A stretch of 63,830 nucleotides of DNA, counting the filler, from Reclinomonas americana ATCC 50394 (Eukaryota): assembly GCA_048213135.1 (NCBI GenBank). It is 5 parts of 2 records of this genome, joined end to end, with 100 filler letters (N's around TTAATTAATTAA, not from the genome) between each part and the next. Parts side by side here need not be neighbours in the genome. Positions count along the whole stretch, not along the records: positions 10,581 to 36,470 come from PS015067.1; positions 36,571 to 49,774 come from PS015067.1; 3 more parts are not named here. One strand, written 5' to 3'. This document shows positions 27,076-39,975 of the stretch, piece after piece. Below the pieces are notes generated by a model, which made no database searches, was not told where the DNA came from, and saw nothing but the letters and a program-made list of their open reading frames with translations. How positions within the stretch are numbered: position 1 is the stretch's first letter; the number at the start of each line of letters is the position of its first letter. The translations under genes and the position numbers were made by a program.

Positions 27076-27783
27076 CAACAACGAACGTAAGTACGTAGGT
27101 ACGGTACGGTACGNNNNNNNNNNNNNNNNNNNNNNNNNNNNNNNNNNNNNNNNNNNNNNNNNNNNNNNNNNNNNNNNNNNNNNNNNNNNNNNNNNNNNNN
27201 NNNNNNNNNNNNNNNNNNNNNNNNNNNNNNNNNNNNNNNNNNNNNNNNNNNNNNNNNNNNNNNNNNNNNNNNNNNNNNNNNNNNNNNNNNNNNNNNNNNN
27301 NNNNNNNNNNNNNNNNNNNNNNNNNNNNNNNNNNNNNNNNNNNNNNNNNNNNNNNNNNNNNNNNNNNNNNNNNNNNNNNNNNNNNNNNNNNNNNNNNNNN
27401 NNNNNNNNNNNNNNNNNNNNNNNNNNNNNNNNNNNNNNNNNNNNNNNNNNNNNNNNNNNNNNNNNNNNNNNNNNNNNNNNNNNNNNNNNNNNNNNNNNNN
27501 NNNNNNNNNNNNNNNNNNNNNNNNNNNNNNNNNNNNNNNNNNNNNNNNNNNNNNNNNNNNNNNNNNNNNNNNNNNNNNNNNNNNNNNNNNNNNNNNNNNN
27601 NNNNNNNNNNNNNNNNNNNNNNNNNNNNNNNNNNNNNNNNNNNNNNNNNNNNNNNNNNNNNNNNNNNNNNNNNNNNNNNNNNNNNNNNNNNNNNNNNNNN
27701 NNNNNNNNNNNNNNNNNNNNNNNNNNNNNNNNNNNNNNNNNNNNNNNNNNNNNNNNNNNNNNNNNNNNNNNNNAGGAGACGAC

Positions 27784-27869
<86 letters not shown>

Positions 27870-27892
27870 AGCAAGGAAATGATTTAGGGAGG

Positions 27893-28508
27893 TCACCGAC
27901 GCCTCGGCAACTCGAGACTCGGCCGCCGTAGTGCACCAGCTGCAGCACCGGCAGTGGACTGCGCCACTGACGGTGGCGTGCTCGTACCGCGGGCGGAGGC
28001 GGCGCCGAGGCTCGGTTGCGGTCCGACTGACGAGTTCGAGCGCGGACTCTGTGCCGGCACTCCGAAGCTCAGGTTCGCACGCATCGGAGCACCGAGTGCG
28101 GCCACCGCCATCGACGTCGTGCTACCGAGCCGTGGTGGCCCCGACATGTGACCGGTGGTGTTGTGTCGCAACAGGAATGGATCGGCGGCGGCAGCAGCGG
28201 CGGCCGCCGATGCCGAGCTGCCCGACTCGCCATCTTCGTCCCTAGAGAGATGCCACGACTGTGAGCAACAAGGAAGCGACACGGCGAGGCTCGTCGCCTG
28301 CCACGCAACTCGTCCACATGGGAGAGCAAGTGCAGTCGATGAGACGACTGCGTCGAGTCGCCTGACGAACGACTGCCATGACTGTTGGTGACGAGCAGAT
28401 CGGCGACTGGCGGCGCCTGTGTGCCCATGGGGAAGTCGTGCATGGGGAAGGCGACCACTGTCGGCGCCTCGCCGAGCAGGTCACGTGAAGGCATGTCGCG
28501 CGCAATAC
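27893..28508 (-). CDS. Hypothetical low-complexity protein, internal exons only
   Basis: Two spliceable Ser/Ala/Pro-rich exons (GIARDMPSRDLL..., DEDGESGSS...) bounded by gaps. Confidence 0.4.
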
Positions 28509-28974
28509 CTGACAGAACAAGAGAGAAAAGCGTAAATTCATCTGCGCCAAGACACCAAACCTCTCTCTCTCTCTCTCNNNNNNNNNNNNNNNNNNNNNNN
28601 NNNNNNNNNNNNNNNNNNNNNNNNNNNNNNNNNNNNNNNNNNNNCGAGTGTGTGTGAGAGAGTGTTGTGTTCGCATGTGTGTGAGAAATAGCACGCACAA
28701 TGCATCACATGCGTGTGAGAGGCGCATTCACAGCACACACACACTAGCACACACGCAAGAAGCACACAGCGCATGCGCGCGCAAGAGACAGACAGACGCA
28801 AACTGAAACCCACTCTCTCTCACACTCTCTCTCCTCACGCACGCACACACACGCACACACACATGTACGCACATCACTCGCAGCACACACGCGGACGCTG
28901 TGACGGGGGAAGCTTGAGAACGAAGCTCGCGTGTCCTCCACAATCAGTCACAGTCACGCACTTTTGTCACGCGA

Positions 28975-30682
28975 ATGGGATGCCCTGCGTCGAAACGCGG
29001 TCAAGGCAGTGACGATGACATAGGCGCGCACCGCTCACCCGCCTACGGTGCTGTGTCGTCGTCCACTGCAGCAGCAGCAGCAGCAGCACAGAACCGAAAG
29101 AGTTCTTCTTCGTCGTCCTCGGGCACTGGGAATAGCAGCAACAAGAAGAAGGGCGGCGGCAGTGGATATGTGTACTCGCAGCCGCCACCGCATCCTGCTG
29201 CTGGCAGTGTGCGATCGCTTTGTTGCGTGTGTGTGTGTGTGTTGGGGGGAGAGGGAGAGTGCGATGGCAATGGCCACGCCAGCACACTTGCTGCTGGCGT
29301 GCCTCAGTCTCTCTCGCACTTCGTGAGTGCGTGCGTGAGAGATCTGTGTGTGTGAGAGTCGCATTGCATTCTTGTGTATATTGCATGCATGTTTCTCCGT
29401 CTCTGTATTGCGTTTCCTCGTCCTCTCACTCGCCTGCGTCAGTCGCTTTCCATTGGTGCCTTGCTGCTTCCGTTGCCTTGCTCCCTGCATGCTTCGGCAC
29501 TCTTGTTTCTCTGCTCGTGGCGTGGCCTCGCGCTCATGTTTCTCTGCTCTTCTCTGCGTTTGCCAGTCGCTTTCCACTGCTGGCTGCCTTGGCGCTTCCT
29601 TTGCCGTGCTCCCTACACTCTTGCCTCTACGCTGCATCACCCGTGGCGTCGCCTGTTTCTCTGCGTTCTAATCACGTTCCATTTCTGTCTCCGTGCACCT
29701 CAATCGTTCTGCTCTTCGCTCACCTTCTTTTCCTACCTTCTCATCCACTCTCCCCCCCCTTTACCTCTCCCGCAGTACTGGAGGGCGGCGTGTCGCTGGA
29801 ATCGTGCTACACTTACGTCGGCGCGCTGGACGCACTGACCAAGATCGACGCGCTGCACGCCATTTCGCGTTGTGGTGGATCCATGATGGGTGGCGCAGTG
29901 GTGGCCACATTGTACGCACTGGGATGCACCGTGTCGGATATGAATCGTTTCTTGGAGAGCGTGCAAGCGTCACTGGACGACATTCAGCCGGCGCCACCGA
30001 CGGCGCTGGTGGCACCTGCCGATCTGGGCACGCTGCGCGTGGACAAAGCGCTGGGAGCAGAGGAGATGTGGGCCGTGTATGAGGCGCTCGGCATCATTCT
30101 CAATGTGCGCGCCTACTCACCAGACGCCACCTTTCGACAAGTTGCGTGTGGCGCTGCCCGCCCATTTCTCATTCTCCGCGGTGCACTGACATGTAGCTCG
30201 CAGCTCAAAGATCGCTTCGGCATGACGCTCCTCATTGGTGCATACAATTTGACGCAGTCGGCACCGCACGTGTTTGGACCCGACAGTCATCCGAGTTTCG
30301 TTCGTCTCTTCCGATTCGTGGATCTCTTGGAAGTGACACTGCCTCACTTGTTTCCCCGACAGACATGCCGGTGAGGCTGGCCGTGCGGATTGCCATGTCG
30401 TATCCGCTTCTCTTTGCGCCCGTTGTGTGGAACGATGCTGTGTGGGTGGCTGCCGACTTTCACGTGGCCACGTTGCGTGCATGTCGAACGACTGACGCAC
30501 ACTGGTGTGGGCGCTCACCGTCCTCCCACAGTCTGTGCCAGCTGGAGTCCATGTTGACAGACAAAAAGTCGCTGCGACTGGCGATGGAGCCACCAAAGCT
30601 CGGAGTGCCCGCCGACTGTCGCGTCTCTGCATCCTTTCTGGAGCAATTACGGGTGCTCACAAATCGCGCTTCCCACCCGAAG
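28975..30682 (+). CDS. Patatin-like phospholipase-fold protein, probably inactive, with N-terminal MGC acylation motif (3' partial)
   Basis: VRSLLLEGG....YVGALDAL, GAVVATLYALGCT, TFRQL, FGPDSHPNMPVRLAVRIAMSYPLLFAP. Confidence 0.8.
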
Positions 30683-30753
30683 GTACGCTTGCCCAGGCAC
30701 ACTTTCTTCCTCGTCCTCCTCCCCCCTCACNNNNNNNNNNNNNNNNNNNNNNN

Positions 30754-33675
30754 CGCCGGTGCTGGTGCTGGTGCTGGCGCAGCGGCAGCCGGTGGCTTGA
30801 AGCTGGTGACGGCGGGCTTGGCGGGCGCCGCCGCAGGTGCTGGCGCAGCAGCTGCCGGCGGTTTGAAGCCAGTGAGTGCAGGCTTGGGTGGCGCCGCTCC
30901 CGCCGCAGTTCCGGTCGTCGTCGTGGTGGTGGTGGCGGTGGCGGTCGTCGTCGTCGCGGCCGCCGGTGGCTTGAAACTAAGTGGCGGTTTGGCCGCAGCA
31001 GGAGCAGGAGCAGCAGCAGCAGCAGCAGCATCGGCCGGCTTGGGTGGCGCGACCGCCGTCGATGACGAAGATGCCGGGGCGAGTGGTGGCTTGCTGGCAC
31101 TGGTCGCGGTGGTAGATGTCGTCGACTTGAGGCCACTGAAAGGCGACGCCTTGGCCGCGGGCGGTGTGGACGACACCGCGGGAGCAGCAGCAGTGGTATC
31201 TCGAGTGAGCGGTGTCGGCTTCTCGCCGTCTTCTGGCAGCCTCAGATCCTTGGGCAGCGTTCGCTTCAGCTCCGGCAGCGGGGTCGACAGGCGCTCCAAG
31301 TGCTCCATGATGCGTCGCGCGGTATCACTGAAAGGCACCTCGCCACCATTCTGCTCGTGGTGTCGTGCACGCTTGCGCGCATCAAAGCCACCCGAACGGC
31401 CGTCTGCGGAAACCCACAGCAAGAAAATGAGTGGGAGGGGAATGGTCGACACGATTGGTGAAATGAAACACACACCGACACTCTCGCGCACATCCTCTGC
31501 GTCGGCAGCTGCCGACGCCCGACCAGCACGCTCCTCAATCTCCTCGACATCCTCGCCACCCACACGACGCCGCTTGCCGAGTCGCACCGACGACAGATCC
31601 AACTGTGGTGCTGACTGGCGCAGTGCCGACGGCGACGGTCCGCGGACAGACGACTGCAAATGCGAGTACGATTGCGCGGCGTACGGGTTGTTCACCGAGC
31701 GACGCAACGTGTCCGGTCCACGCACCGTTGGTCTGCGTCGAAGTCAGCACACCATCCCCAAAACACGCACGCATGCACCTACAGAGATACCCTACACAGA
31801 CAAACCTCATTGACGAGCGACCGTCGACACCAGGACGAGAAGCGCGGTAAGACGCCACACTCGACACGTAGCGGAACGGTGTCGCCTGCTGCGCGGGCGT
31901 GAGGAACTGCGGGTAGTTTTGCTGGAACGACGAGCGCGCCACTGTCGCCGGCTGGTAGGCGTGCTGCTCATACATGGGTCGCCGGCGGTACGCGGCTCCA
32001 GTGGAGAGCGGTGCGCGTGCACGCACGAGCGGCGGCTGCGCTGGCGTCGTCATGTCGAAGCTGAGCAGGGTTGATATGATTTGAGGTCAACAAGACTCTT
32101 GAATTACTGCCATAACCACCACCACCAAGACAAAGCGCAACTCGTCTTCGTCCTCCTCTCCCTGCATGAATTCTCCGTCGCCCTCGGCAAACGGCGGCAG
32201 GTCACCACCACCCATCGGGCCATTCATCGAACCGTACAACATCTCATCGTCCTCGGTCTCGAACTTGGAGCGTGCGCCTCCCGGTCGAGTTGTCGACATG
32301 CCTCCACGGTACGAGAGACGGCGCTGCACTTGCGCAGTAGCTGGCGTGGCCAGCGAGAACGCCGAGTGCGCAATGCGCGGCGACGTGGCGGAGGCTGTTG
32401 GTGCCGCCGCCGCCGACGATGATCCGCGTTGACGAACAAAGGCTCCCTGCACACACGCACACACACACACACACACAATGAGTCACAGCGTGTATGTATG
32501 TGTGTGTCTCTCTCTCTCTCCGACTCACGCGAATGACATCGTACGTCGTCGGACTGGTGACGCGCTCGGGACGCGGACGAACCAGGCCGCCACCGTTGCC
32601 GGCGTCAGCAGCAGCAGACGACTCTGCCATGGAGTCCAACCGATCTATGCTGCCGTTGCGCGAGAGCTCCTCGCGCGCCTGCGACATGGCCTCCTCCAGC
32701 TCATCCACGGGCCCGGCTGCGGCCGCCGCCGCAGCTGCAGCACCACGTCGTGTCTGCAAGCACATTAAGGCGAAACGCACCAACACAGCAGCAGCAGAGA
32801 TCTTCCCGACAACACACCATCACTGACGATGCTGTTCCTACCGCCGCTGGTCGCCGTGGTGGTGGCGGCAGCGTGCCGAGCTCACGCACAGCAGCCTCTG
32901 CACGAGAGATGCAAAACACGATGGCATTGTGAGTGAGAAGTCCAACTGAGAGTGGCACATTATCACACGTACACACACAAACAGAACACACGACAAGATG
33001 TAGTTGTGTGCACGCCCCGCGGCAGCACTCACCCTTCTCCTCGCGGAACGCACGCGCCTCTGCCAAGTGCTGCTCCACCAGCACTTGCTCCTCCGCGGCC
33101 AATTCCCGCTTCTCATTGCTGCTCTTTCCCGTCGCCGCCACCTCCTCCACTGCCTCCTCCTCTTCCCCCCCATCATCACTACCAGCAGTAGCAGCACCAA
33201 GCTCCGCCTCATCACCGTGCCAGCCATTGGCGCGGTTTCTCGTGGCCATCGCGGGTGCGTACGGTTGACGCGAACGCGTGGCCGCAGCGACCACCCGGCG
33301 ATGACGATGCTCGGCATCTCCTCCCGCCTTCACTGCATCGCTGTAGTGCACCTGTTGCTGCTGCACATCGTCGTCGTCGTCGTCAAAGTGCATCGAGTCA
33401 CTGTCGAGCACACTGCCGGGTGTCACTCGCCCGCCTCCATCCTGATCGCTGTTGCGTCCAAGCAGATGGTTGACACGATCCACCACGTAGCTGGCCATGC
33501 GTGCAAACAAGCCACGCTTGGGCGCCTTCGAGACAGAGAGAGACATGAGCGCGCAATGACGAGACACACTTTTTTCATTCTGCGTGCGTGCAAAAAATGC
33601 GTTGCTCACCCGTGGATACGGTACGCCACTGTTGGCGCGTGCAAGTTGCACACGGCCTCCAGGAACGTAACTCAT
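30754..33675 (-). CDS. Nup153/Nup1-like nuclear basket nucleoporin (3' partial)
   Basis: N-terminal amphipathic RGLFARMASYVVDRV; TARRIMEHLERLSTPL resembles the Nup153 TARRILQSLEKMSSPL motif; repeated FKPPAAAAP units. Confidence 0.65.
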
Positions 33676-34430
33676 TGCGCGCGAGGGGTGAGTGTGTTTG
33701 ATGACGTCAACGTGACAATCACGCCGTCGGCTCGCCCACAGTCTTTGTTCCCCTCACACAAACACACTCAGTCGCGCGCGTAAAATGGAACCGCAAGACA
33801 CATACGAGGGCAACCAGGGCTACATGGTGAGCAGCGAAAAAAGGAGATAAAAAGAGTGAGAAATGAGACAGACAACCCGTGTTTTTTCACTCTCGTGAGA
33901 CTGACTGCTCTTCACGATGCACAGGCTGGCAGGTACGTTTGCGCGCATGTTTCTCTCCTCCTCATGTGTGCGTGCGTGTGTGGTGGCAATTGAGGCGGAG
34001 GGGCGAAAACCGGGATTGATTTGGGAACCTTCTCGCACTCACTCGTGTGTCGTGTGCTGGCGCAGCTGGGCTGCGGAGGCTAACCAGCCGATGCAGGTGC
34101 CGACGGGCGTCTCCCAGAACGTTGCGTTTCTGTGCGTGTGTGCTGCATGTGAAGGCGCTGTGATTGCTTACAGAGTGTGTTCGATATGCAGTACGCCGAA
34201 GGTCTTTCTCGTTGTCGCTGCTGCTTAACTTGGTTGTAACTGTGACTAACGCACAGTGCCCACTGTCAAAGCACAGGCTACGTCTCCGGCTGGGAGTCTG
34301 GTTCGTATCTTTCTCTTGTCATTCACCTGTGTGTTCGAGTTCGAATCCGCGCGCTGCTGTGGTGTGCTCACTGGCAACACTGCTGTATCGTTGTCTCGTG
34401 CAGCCAACGAGTTCGAGAACGACACTTGAA

Positions 34431-35340
34431 ATGGCCGCCGAGAAGGAGACTTCCCGAGGGGAGTACGAGGAACAATCTGACGAGCACGTGGACGGTGAAT
34501 GTACGTTGCTGCTGCTCGTGTGTACGCAGTCCGTCGCCATAGGCAGCACCATTTCCCAGCAGCGGTGTGGAGAGACGTGCACAACTGCGAGTCAACACAA
34601 CCATCAGCACAAGACTGTCATGCAGAATGCTTTTTCATGTTCGGATCTTGCTGAACTCGAATGGCAAAGCTATGCCCTACGCCAAAGCTGTCGTGCCAAG
34701 TGGGGGTGATTAACAAAGGATGCTTCGCAGTTTGACCGTCTGCGTCCTCTGTCTTTTCATCAATCTTCTCGCATGGATCCGTGTGACGGCGATTTTGCAC
34801 CCCTTGGAACCTATGCGCCTCCCATGGGCGGCAATGCGCAGCCACCAATAACAGAAGACGAAGGCTACGAGGTGTGTATGTGTACGTGCAACTCTCTCTT
34901 CTCGCCATCTGTGTCGCTCACACCAACAATCTGCAGGCTGGGTGGTGAGAGAAGTCGTGTGAGAACGTTCGCAGCCAGCGTCACTCACTTGTGTGACTCT
35001 ATGTGTGTGCATGTGTGTACGGCACAACAGGTCCGCGGCAGAGGTACGTGTGAGCCTCCCTTGCGTGTGCGTGCGTTCTGTTTCCTCACTGTCGTCGTCG
35101 TCAGGGTGGCGAATCGATGCAGATCCCAATGGGAGCCACTCCGCAGGTGTGTGCCTGTACATCTTCCCTCCTCCGTGCCCTGCTGACGCCCTCTCTTGCC
35201 ACAGTTCGCGCAAGGCTATTCGATGGGATGGCAATCAGGTTCGAAACAATCAATCATCACTTCTCCCCCCGTCTCCCCCCCCCGTGCCCACCTCTCCACC
35301 CTTGCATGCCACAGGCAACTCCATGAGCATGGACCAATAA
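34431..35340 (+). CDS. Small hypothetical multi-exon protein
   Basis: MAAEKETSRGEYEEQSDEHVD followed by GT-AG bounded exons; no family recognised. Confidence 0.35.
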
Positions 35341-35580
35341 TCACAACGAAATCATTCAACACATCGTACACAAGATAGCGGGCCGCTTCAATACAAGATC
35401 GCGAGACCTGTGCGCGCACATGTGCGTGTGTGCATACAACATACGCCAGAGGCCTATCAAAAAAACGAGGAATGATACGAGCGATACATACCAAATGACG
35501 AGGTTGAACATACAGACAGCAGAGGGACGACGAAGAAGGAGAAGAAGAAGAGAAAAACAGAAGAAGTACCCCTCTCCTCA

Positions 35581-37487
35581 TCAGTGGTACTTGAGCTGAC
35601 CGCGCTCACGGTGCCTCCACCGTCTCCACGACATTATGCAGAAGACGACGCCGGCCGCGAACGACAGCGAGCCCACCACGATAAAGGCGATGCCGAGGAA
35701 GTCGTTCTTGCCACCCACCCACGACGAGGTCGACAGGATGACGTACTTCTTGCCCGAGAAGCGTGACACATCGTAGCGCTCTGTGATTTGCAGATTGTAC
35801 GTGCCGGCATCCAGTGGCGCGTTGTAGATGCGGTACAGCTTGCGGAAATTCGGCAGCGCCGCCGTGCGCATCCACACCATCAAATCCTGCCCAAAAAAGA
35901 AAAAGAGAAATCGTGTCGGCGCACTATCCTTCTGTCTGTGTGCGCGTCACAGCAATCATCTGTCATATGCGCACCTCACTCGTCTGCAGTGGAATCACAT
36001 GCGTGGGCTCGTTGAGGTAGGTGCTGGGGTTGGTAAGGTACTGGCCCGGCGGTGGCGCCTTGAACTTGGTGTCGACATCGGCCGGCCACGCAATGCCTGT
36101 GCCCGTGCATGCTCCCGAGGGGTTGCCACCGTCGCAGAGCGGTGCACCGCCGCCCGGCGGCAGCAGAGAGATGGTGTCGTTGAACATGGACCACGCAATC
36201 AGGCCGCACGGCGAGTACGTCTCCAGCGGTTGCGAGTCGGCACCCTTCAGGCCCGTGACGGGGGAGCACGACGAGTCGAGAGTCGACGCCGTCACCACCG
36301 ATCCTTGCAGCTGCTTATCCGATCGCGATTGTACGTAGCGCCGATGATTCTGGTAGTAGTTGTCCAGCGCGTAGTAAATGTACACCGGTGGCTCCATGCG
36401 CTTCGGCACCGTAATCGTCAGCGAGTTGCCGCCCGTCGGCAGCTGGCACTGCCAGTTGCACGCACAGTTGNNNNNNNNNNNNNNNNNNNNNNNNNNNNNN
36501 NNNNNNNNNNNNNNTTAATTAATTAANNNNNNNNNNNNNNNNNNNNNNNNNNNNNNNNNNNNNNNNNNNNGGGGGAGGAGAGACAGAGAGAGAGGAAAGT
36601 GCAAGCGATCAAGAGACGCGCCAAGACAAGAGGGTTGCAGGCGAGAAGAGAAGCCAATCAGCAATAAAGCACATGCAACACGGACAGCATACCACAGAAC
36701 ACGAAGAAATCAGATAGAAGGCTGCTCGATGGAAACAAGCGAACGACGGCGACACGATGCGTCAGCTGACGAAGAATGAACGCATAGTGACGAGGACAGA
36801 GCAGAACACGAAAGATAAGCCAACTGAGATTGAAGGCTTTGTGCGCAGACACAAGAGTGAAGGCGACACGGGGACAGAGCAGAACGAAAGACAAGCCAAC
36901 TGAGACTGAACGCACAGACACATGAGTGAAGGCGACACAGAAGAGGCATCAAACACGGAGACTGTGGGCACAGTGAAGAGAGCAGAGCAGGTGCAACGCA
37001 GATGGCATGACATCGTTGAATGGAACACGAAAGGCAAGCCAACGGAGACAAAAGGCAGAGCGACAAGGACACGAAGCAGATACATCGCAGGATCCGCGTG
37101 TCACCGTGGACGAGCCAACAGAGACTGATGGCAGAGAACACTGAAGCGGACGACAGTGCATCATCTTCCACGTCTCCCCCCCTGCGCAACTCCTCGACTG
37201 GCCACCAAAATCGCCGCTCCCAGTGGCACGAAAAACACTCCAAAGAACACAAACGTGCCAATCACCCACGCCGGCGACAGCACCGGCTGCCACGCCCACA
37301 GACGCTGTTGCTTGAACTTGGACTCTGTGACACACGCACAACAACAAACAGAATTGAGCATCCCTCAAAACACACCCAAGCAAAGGCACATAACAACGCA
37401 ACTGCTATCGGGCTCTCGTGTCTTTTGCTTCTTCTCGCCATTCTCCTCGGCCGCTGCAGCCGCAGCACCACTTCCACCTGCTGGCAT
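35581..37487 (-). CDS. CDC50: CDC50/LEM3 (TMEM30) flippase beta subunit; spans a spacer gap
   Basis: FKQQRLWAWQP; YYALDNYYQNHRRYVQSRSDKQL; PCGLIAWSMFND; VWMRTAALPNFRKLY; GGKNDFLGIAFIVVG. Confidence 0.95.
36794..36940. repeat. Degenerate ~70-78 bp tandem duplication in CDC50 intron
   Basis: GGACAGAGCAGAAC..GAAAGAYAAGCCAACTGAGAYTGAA..CAGACACAWGAGTGAAGGCGACAC present twice. Confidence 0.75.
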
Positions 37488-37907
37488 TCCCTTGTTGTTG
37501 CTGTTGTTGTTGTTGCTGCGCGCACTTGCTTGCTGACTGCTCACTCCACTGCCAGCGTACGGTAGCTGACGCTCACTTGATTCACTGTGTGTGTGTGTGC
37601 AGGGAAGAGTGTGAGCGGAAAAGAGCGCGACATTTTCACCACTTTTTTCTTTCGCACACGCACACACACACGCACCGCTCAAATCCACCAACCGGGTCCC
37701 TCCACCGGTCTGATTCTGGTGCAGCTGCTGGCCTCACTTGCAGAAGCGCGCACGCAAGACAAACGCGAGATGAAAGTCGTTTCCACGGTCCGTTCCACTC
37801 GGCGGACTTGAGCGTTTTTTGAGGTCAGTGCGCGTGCCTCATCGCTCTCTCTCTCACTCTGTGCGTGTGTGTGTGTTTGCTGACTGTGTGAGGTGTGCAG
37901 AGTGGAA

Positions 37908-38439
37908 ATGGCATCGTCGAGTGGAGCCAACCTGCAGGCCACCAACAATGAGTTGGTCAAGTGTTGCGTCAAACTTTACTCACGAAAGCACGCGTCTGTG
38001 CACTCTGTGTGTGTGTGTGTGTCGTGCGCACTTGCCACTGTGTGTGTATGTGCGCATGTGAGAGCACGCGCGTCTGTGTGTGCGTGTGTGTGCGTGTCAG
38101 GAGTGAAGAGAGTGGCGGTTGTGTGGTGCCATCTCGCACTCTGACTCACTGTGACTCACTCACAGGCATTGAGGACCTCCGCGGAAAGCGGGAAGAGGTG
38201 TCACGGCAGATGGCCAAGGAGCAGGAGGAGAAGCTCAAGGTAATACGATTACACACGAAGAAGCTGCGTTCTAATTTTGTCTCACTTTGTGTGTGTCTCT
38301 CTCTCTGTCACAGATCGAGAACGACATCAAGATCCTGAACGACCGATTGCACCGCATTGTGGACTCGTTGGCGCGGAAAGAGCAGTCGCTGCGCGAGTAC
38401 GACAAGACAATCATTGACACGGAGTCGGCGTACACAAAG
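37908..38439 (+). CDS. SSNA1: SSNA1/DIP13/NA14 centriole-axoneme protein, exons 1-3
   Basis: GANLQATNNELVK|CIEDLRGKREE...EYDKTIIDTESAYTK. Confidence 0.93.
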
Positions 38440-38459
38440 GTGAGGCCCTCACTTTCTTA

Positions 38460-38499
<40 letters not shown>

Positions 38500-38957
38500 T
38501 ACACTCACTCACTCACTCACTCACTGAGGATCGGCACACCTTTAGGCGTGCGTTATCCTTCGCTCTNNNNNNNNNNNNNNNNNNNNNNNNNNNNNNNNNN
38601 NNNNNNNNNNNNNNNNNNNNNNNNNNNNNNNNNNNNNNNNNNNNNNNNNNNNNNNNNNNNNNNNNNNNNNNNNNNNNNNNNNNNNNNNNNNNNNNNNNNN
38701 NNNNNNNNNNNNNNNNNNNNNNNNNNNNNNNNNNNNNNNNNNNNNNNNNNNNNNNNNNNNNNNNNNNNNNNNNNNNNNNNNNNNNNNNNNNNNNNNNNNN
38801 NNNNNNNNNNNNNNNNNNNNNNNNNNNNNNNNNNNNGAAGGGGGGGCAGGGAGAAGAGGGCTGAAGGACAGGGAGAGTGAGAGGGAGAGAAGGAGAGAGA
38901 GAGAGTGAGAGAAGGAGAGAGAGTAAGCAGAGAAGTACATCTCACCTGTGCACGCTA

Positions 38958-39057
38958 CAGTGAGCGACAAGGGGAGCACGCGACAGTGAGCGACAAGGGG
39001 AGCACGCGACAGTGATCGACGAGGGGAGCACACATCAGTGAGCGACAGAGGGGAGCG
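38958..39057. repeat. ~26 bp minisatellite, about 4 copies
   Basis: Unit CAGTGAGCGACAAGGGGAGCACGCGA and variants. Confidence 0.8.
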
Positions 39058-39268
39058 TTTCAGCTGTTGCTGTACAGTGAGTGCAGTCTTCCTCTCTCAC
39101 TGTTATCTCATCCGCTTCTGAGCCCTTTTCTCTCTTTCTCTCCCGACTAGCGAGACTGAGAGGATGAGAGGGAGACGAAAATGAGAGATGAAAGGGAGTG
39201 CAGGACCTCGAGAGAGTGACAGAGAGAGAATGTTGTGTATCATGACTGAACCCATCCTCCGTGCACAG

Positions 39269-39470
39269 ATCAACAGCACTCTTCGCCTTCGCCTACAGCT
39301 TCTTCTTTGTGTCGTTCGAGAGCGACATGGGCGGCGTGGTGCAACTCTCCTTCTACTTTGGCTACAATCTACTCGTATGCTGGGCGTTCTTCCTCATTCT
39401 CGGCACCGTCGGCTTCTACTCGTCGCTGGTGTTTGTACGAAAGATCTACAAGAACGCCAAACCCGACTGA
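39269..39470 (+). CDS. TM9SF1: TM9SF/nonaspanin last exon (on inverted contig)
   Basis: STALFAFAYSFFF...SFYFGYN...FFLILGTVGFYSSLVFVRKIYKNAKPD*. Confidence 0.88.
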
Positions 39471-39613
39471 GCGAGCGCGCCTCATTAAAACTACAGCAAC
39501 GTAAATCTCCATCAGCCACACTTTACACCACACACACACACAAACGAGTCGCCTGCACGCATCAATCGCGACTTGCACAAACAATCAACAACAACAAAAA
39601 ACAAACAACAAGC

Positions 39614-39697
39614 TCATCGGCTGGCCTGCTTCTTCTTGCCGAGACTGACCGTCTCTCTCTTGAGCACTTGCAGAAGCGTGTTGGACGACTCCAAAAT
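39614..39697 (-). CDS. SSNA1: SSNA1 last exon (on inverted contig)
   Basis: CAG|ILESSNTLLQVLKRETVSLGKKKQASR* continues directly from ...ESAYTK. Confidence 0.88.
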   Translation of the reverse strand: MLESSNTLLQVLKRETVSLGKKKQASR

Positions 39698-39890
39698 CTG
39701 CAGCAGCAGAAGCAGAGACAAAGGAGTCAGAGAGTGCGCGGAGGGAGGAAGAAAAGAGAGAGAGAGAAGAGAGACAAGGAATGGAGTGCAGGATAACGTG
39801 CAGAAAAGGTGTGCAGATCCTCAGTGTGCATGTGTGAAGGCGAGAAAGAGAGAGAGAGATGGAGAGAGAGAGAGAGAGAGAGAGGAGGAG

Positions 39891-39921
<31 letters not shown>

Positions 39922-39975
39922 NNNNNNNNNNNNNNNNNNNNNNNNNNNNNNNNNNNNNNNNNNNNNNNNNNNNNN

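Noticed and set aside
29220-29775. Hydrophobic N-terminal part of the 384-aa ORF as transmembrane segments
   Set aside because: It is a 554-nt pyrimidine-rich intron; splicing it out restores VRSLLLEGG.
30365-31813. 482-aa plus-strand ORF extending the patatin
   Set aside because: It reads through a gap into the antisense strand of the nucleoporin-like gene; a donor at ~30683 ends the real exon.
38958-39057. Short direct repeats resembling a CRISPR array
   Set aside because: Head-to-tail minisatellite with no unique spacers and no cas genes, in a eukaryotic intron.
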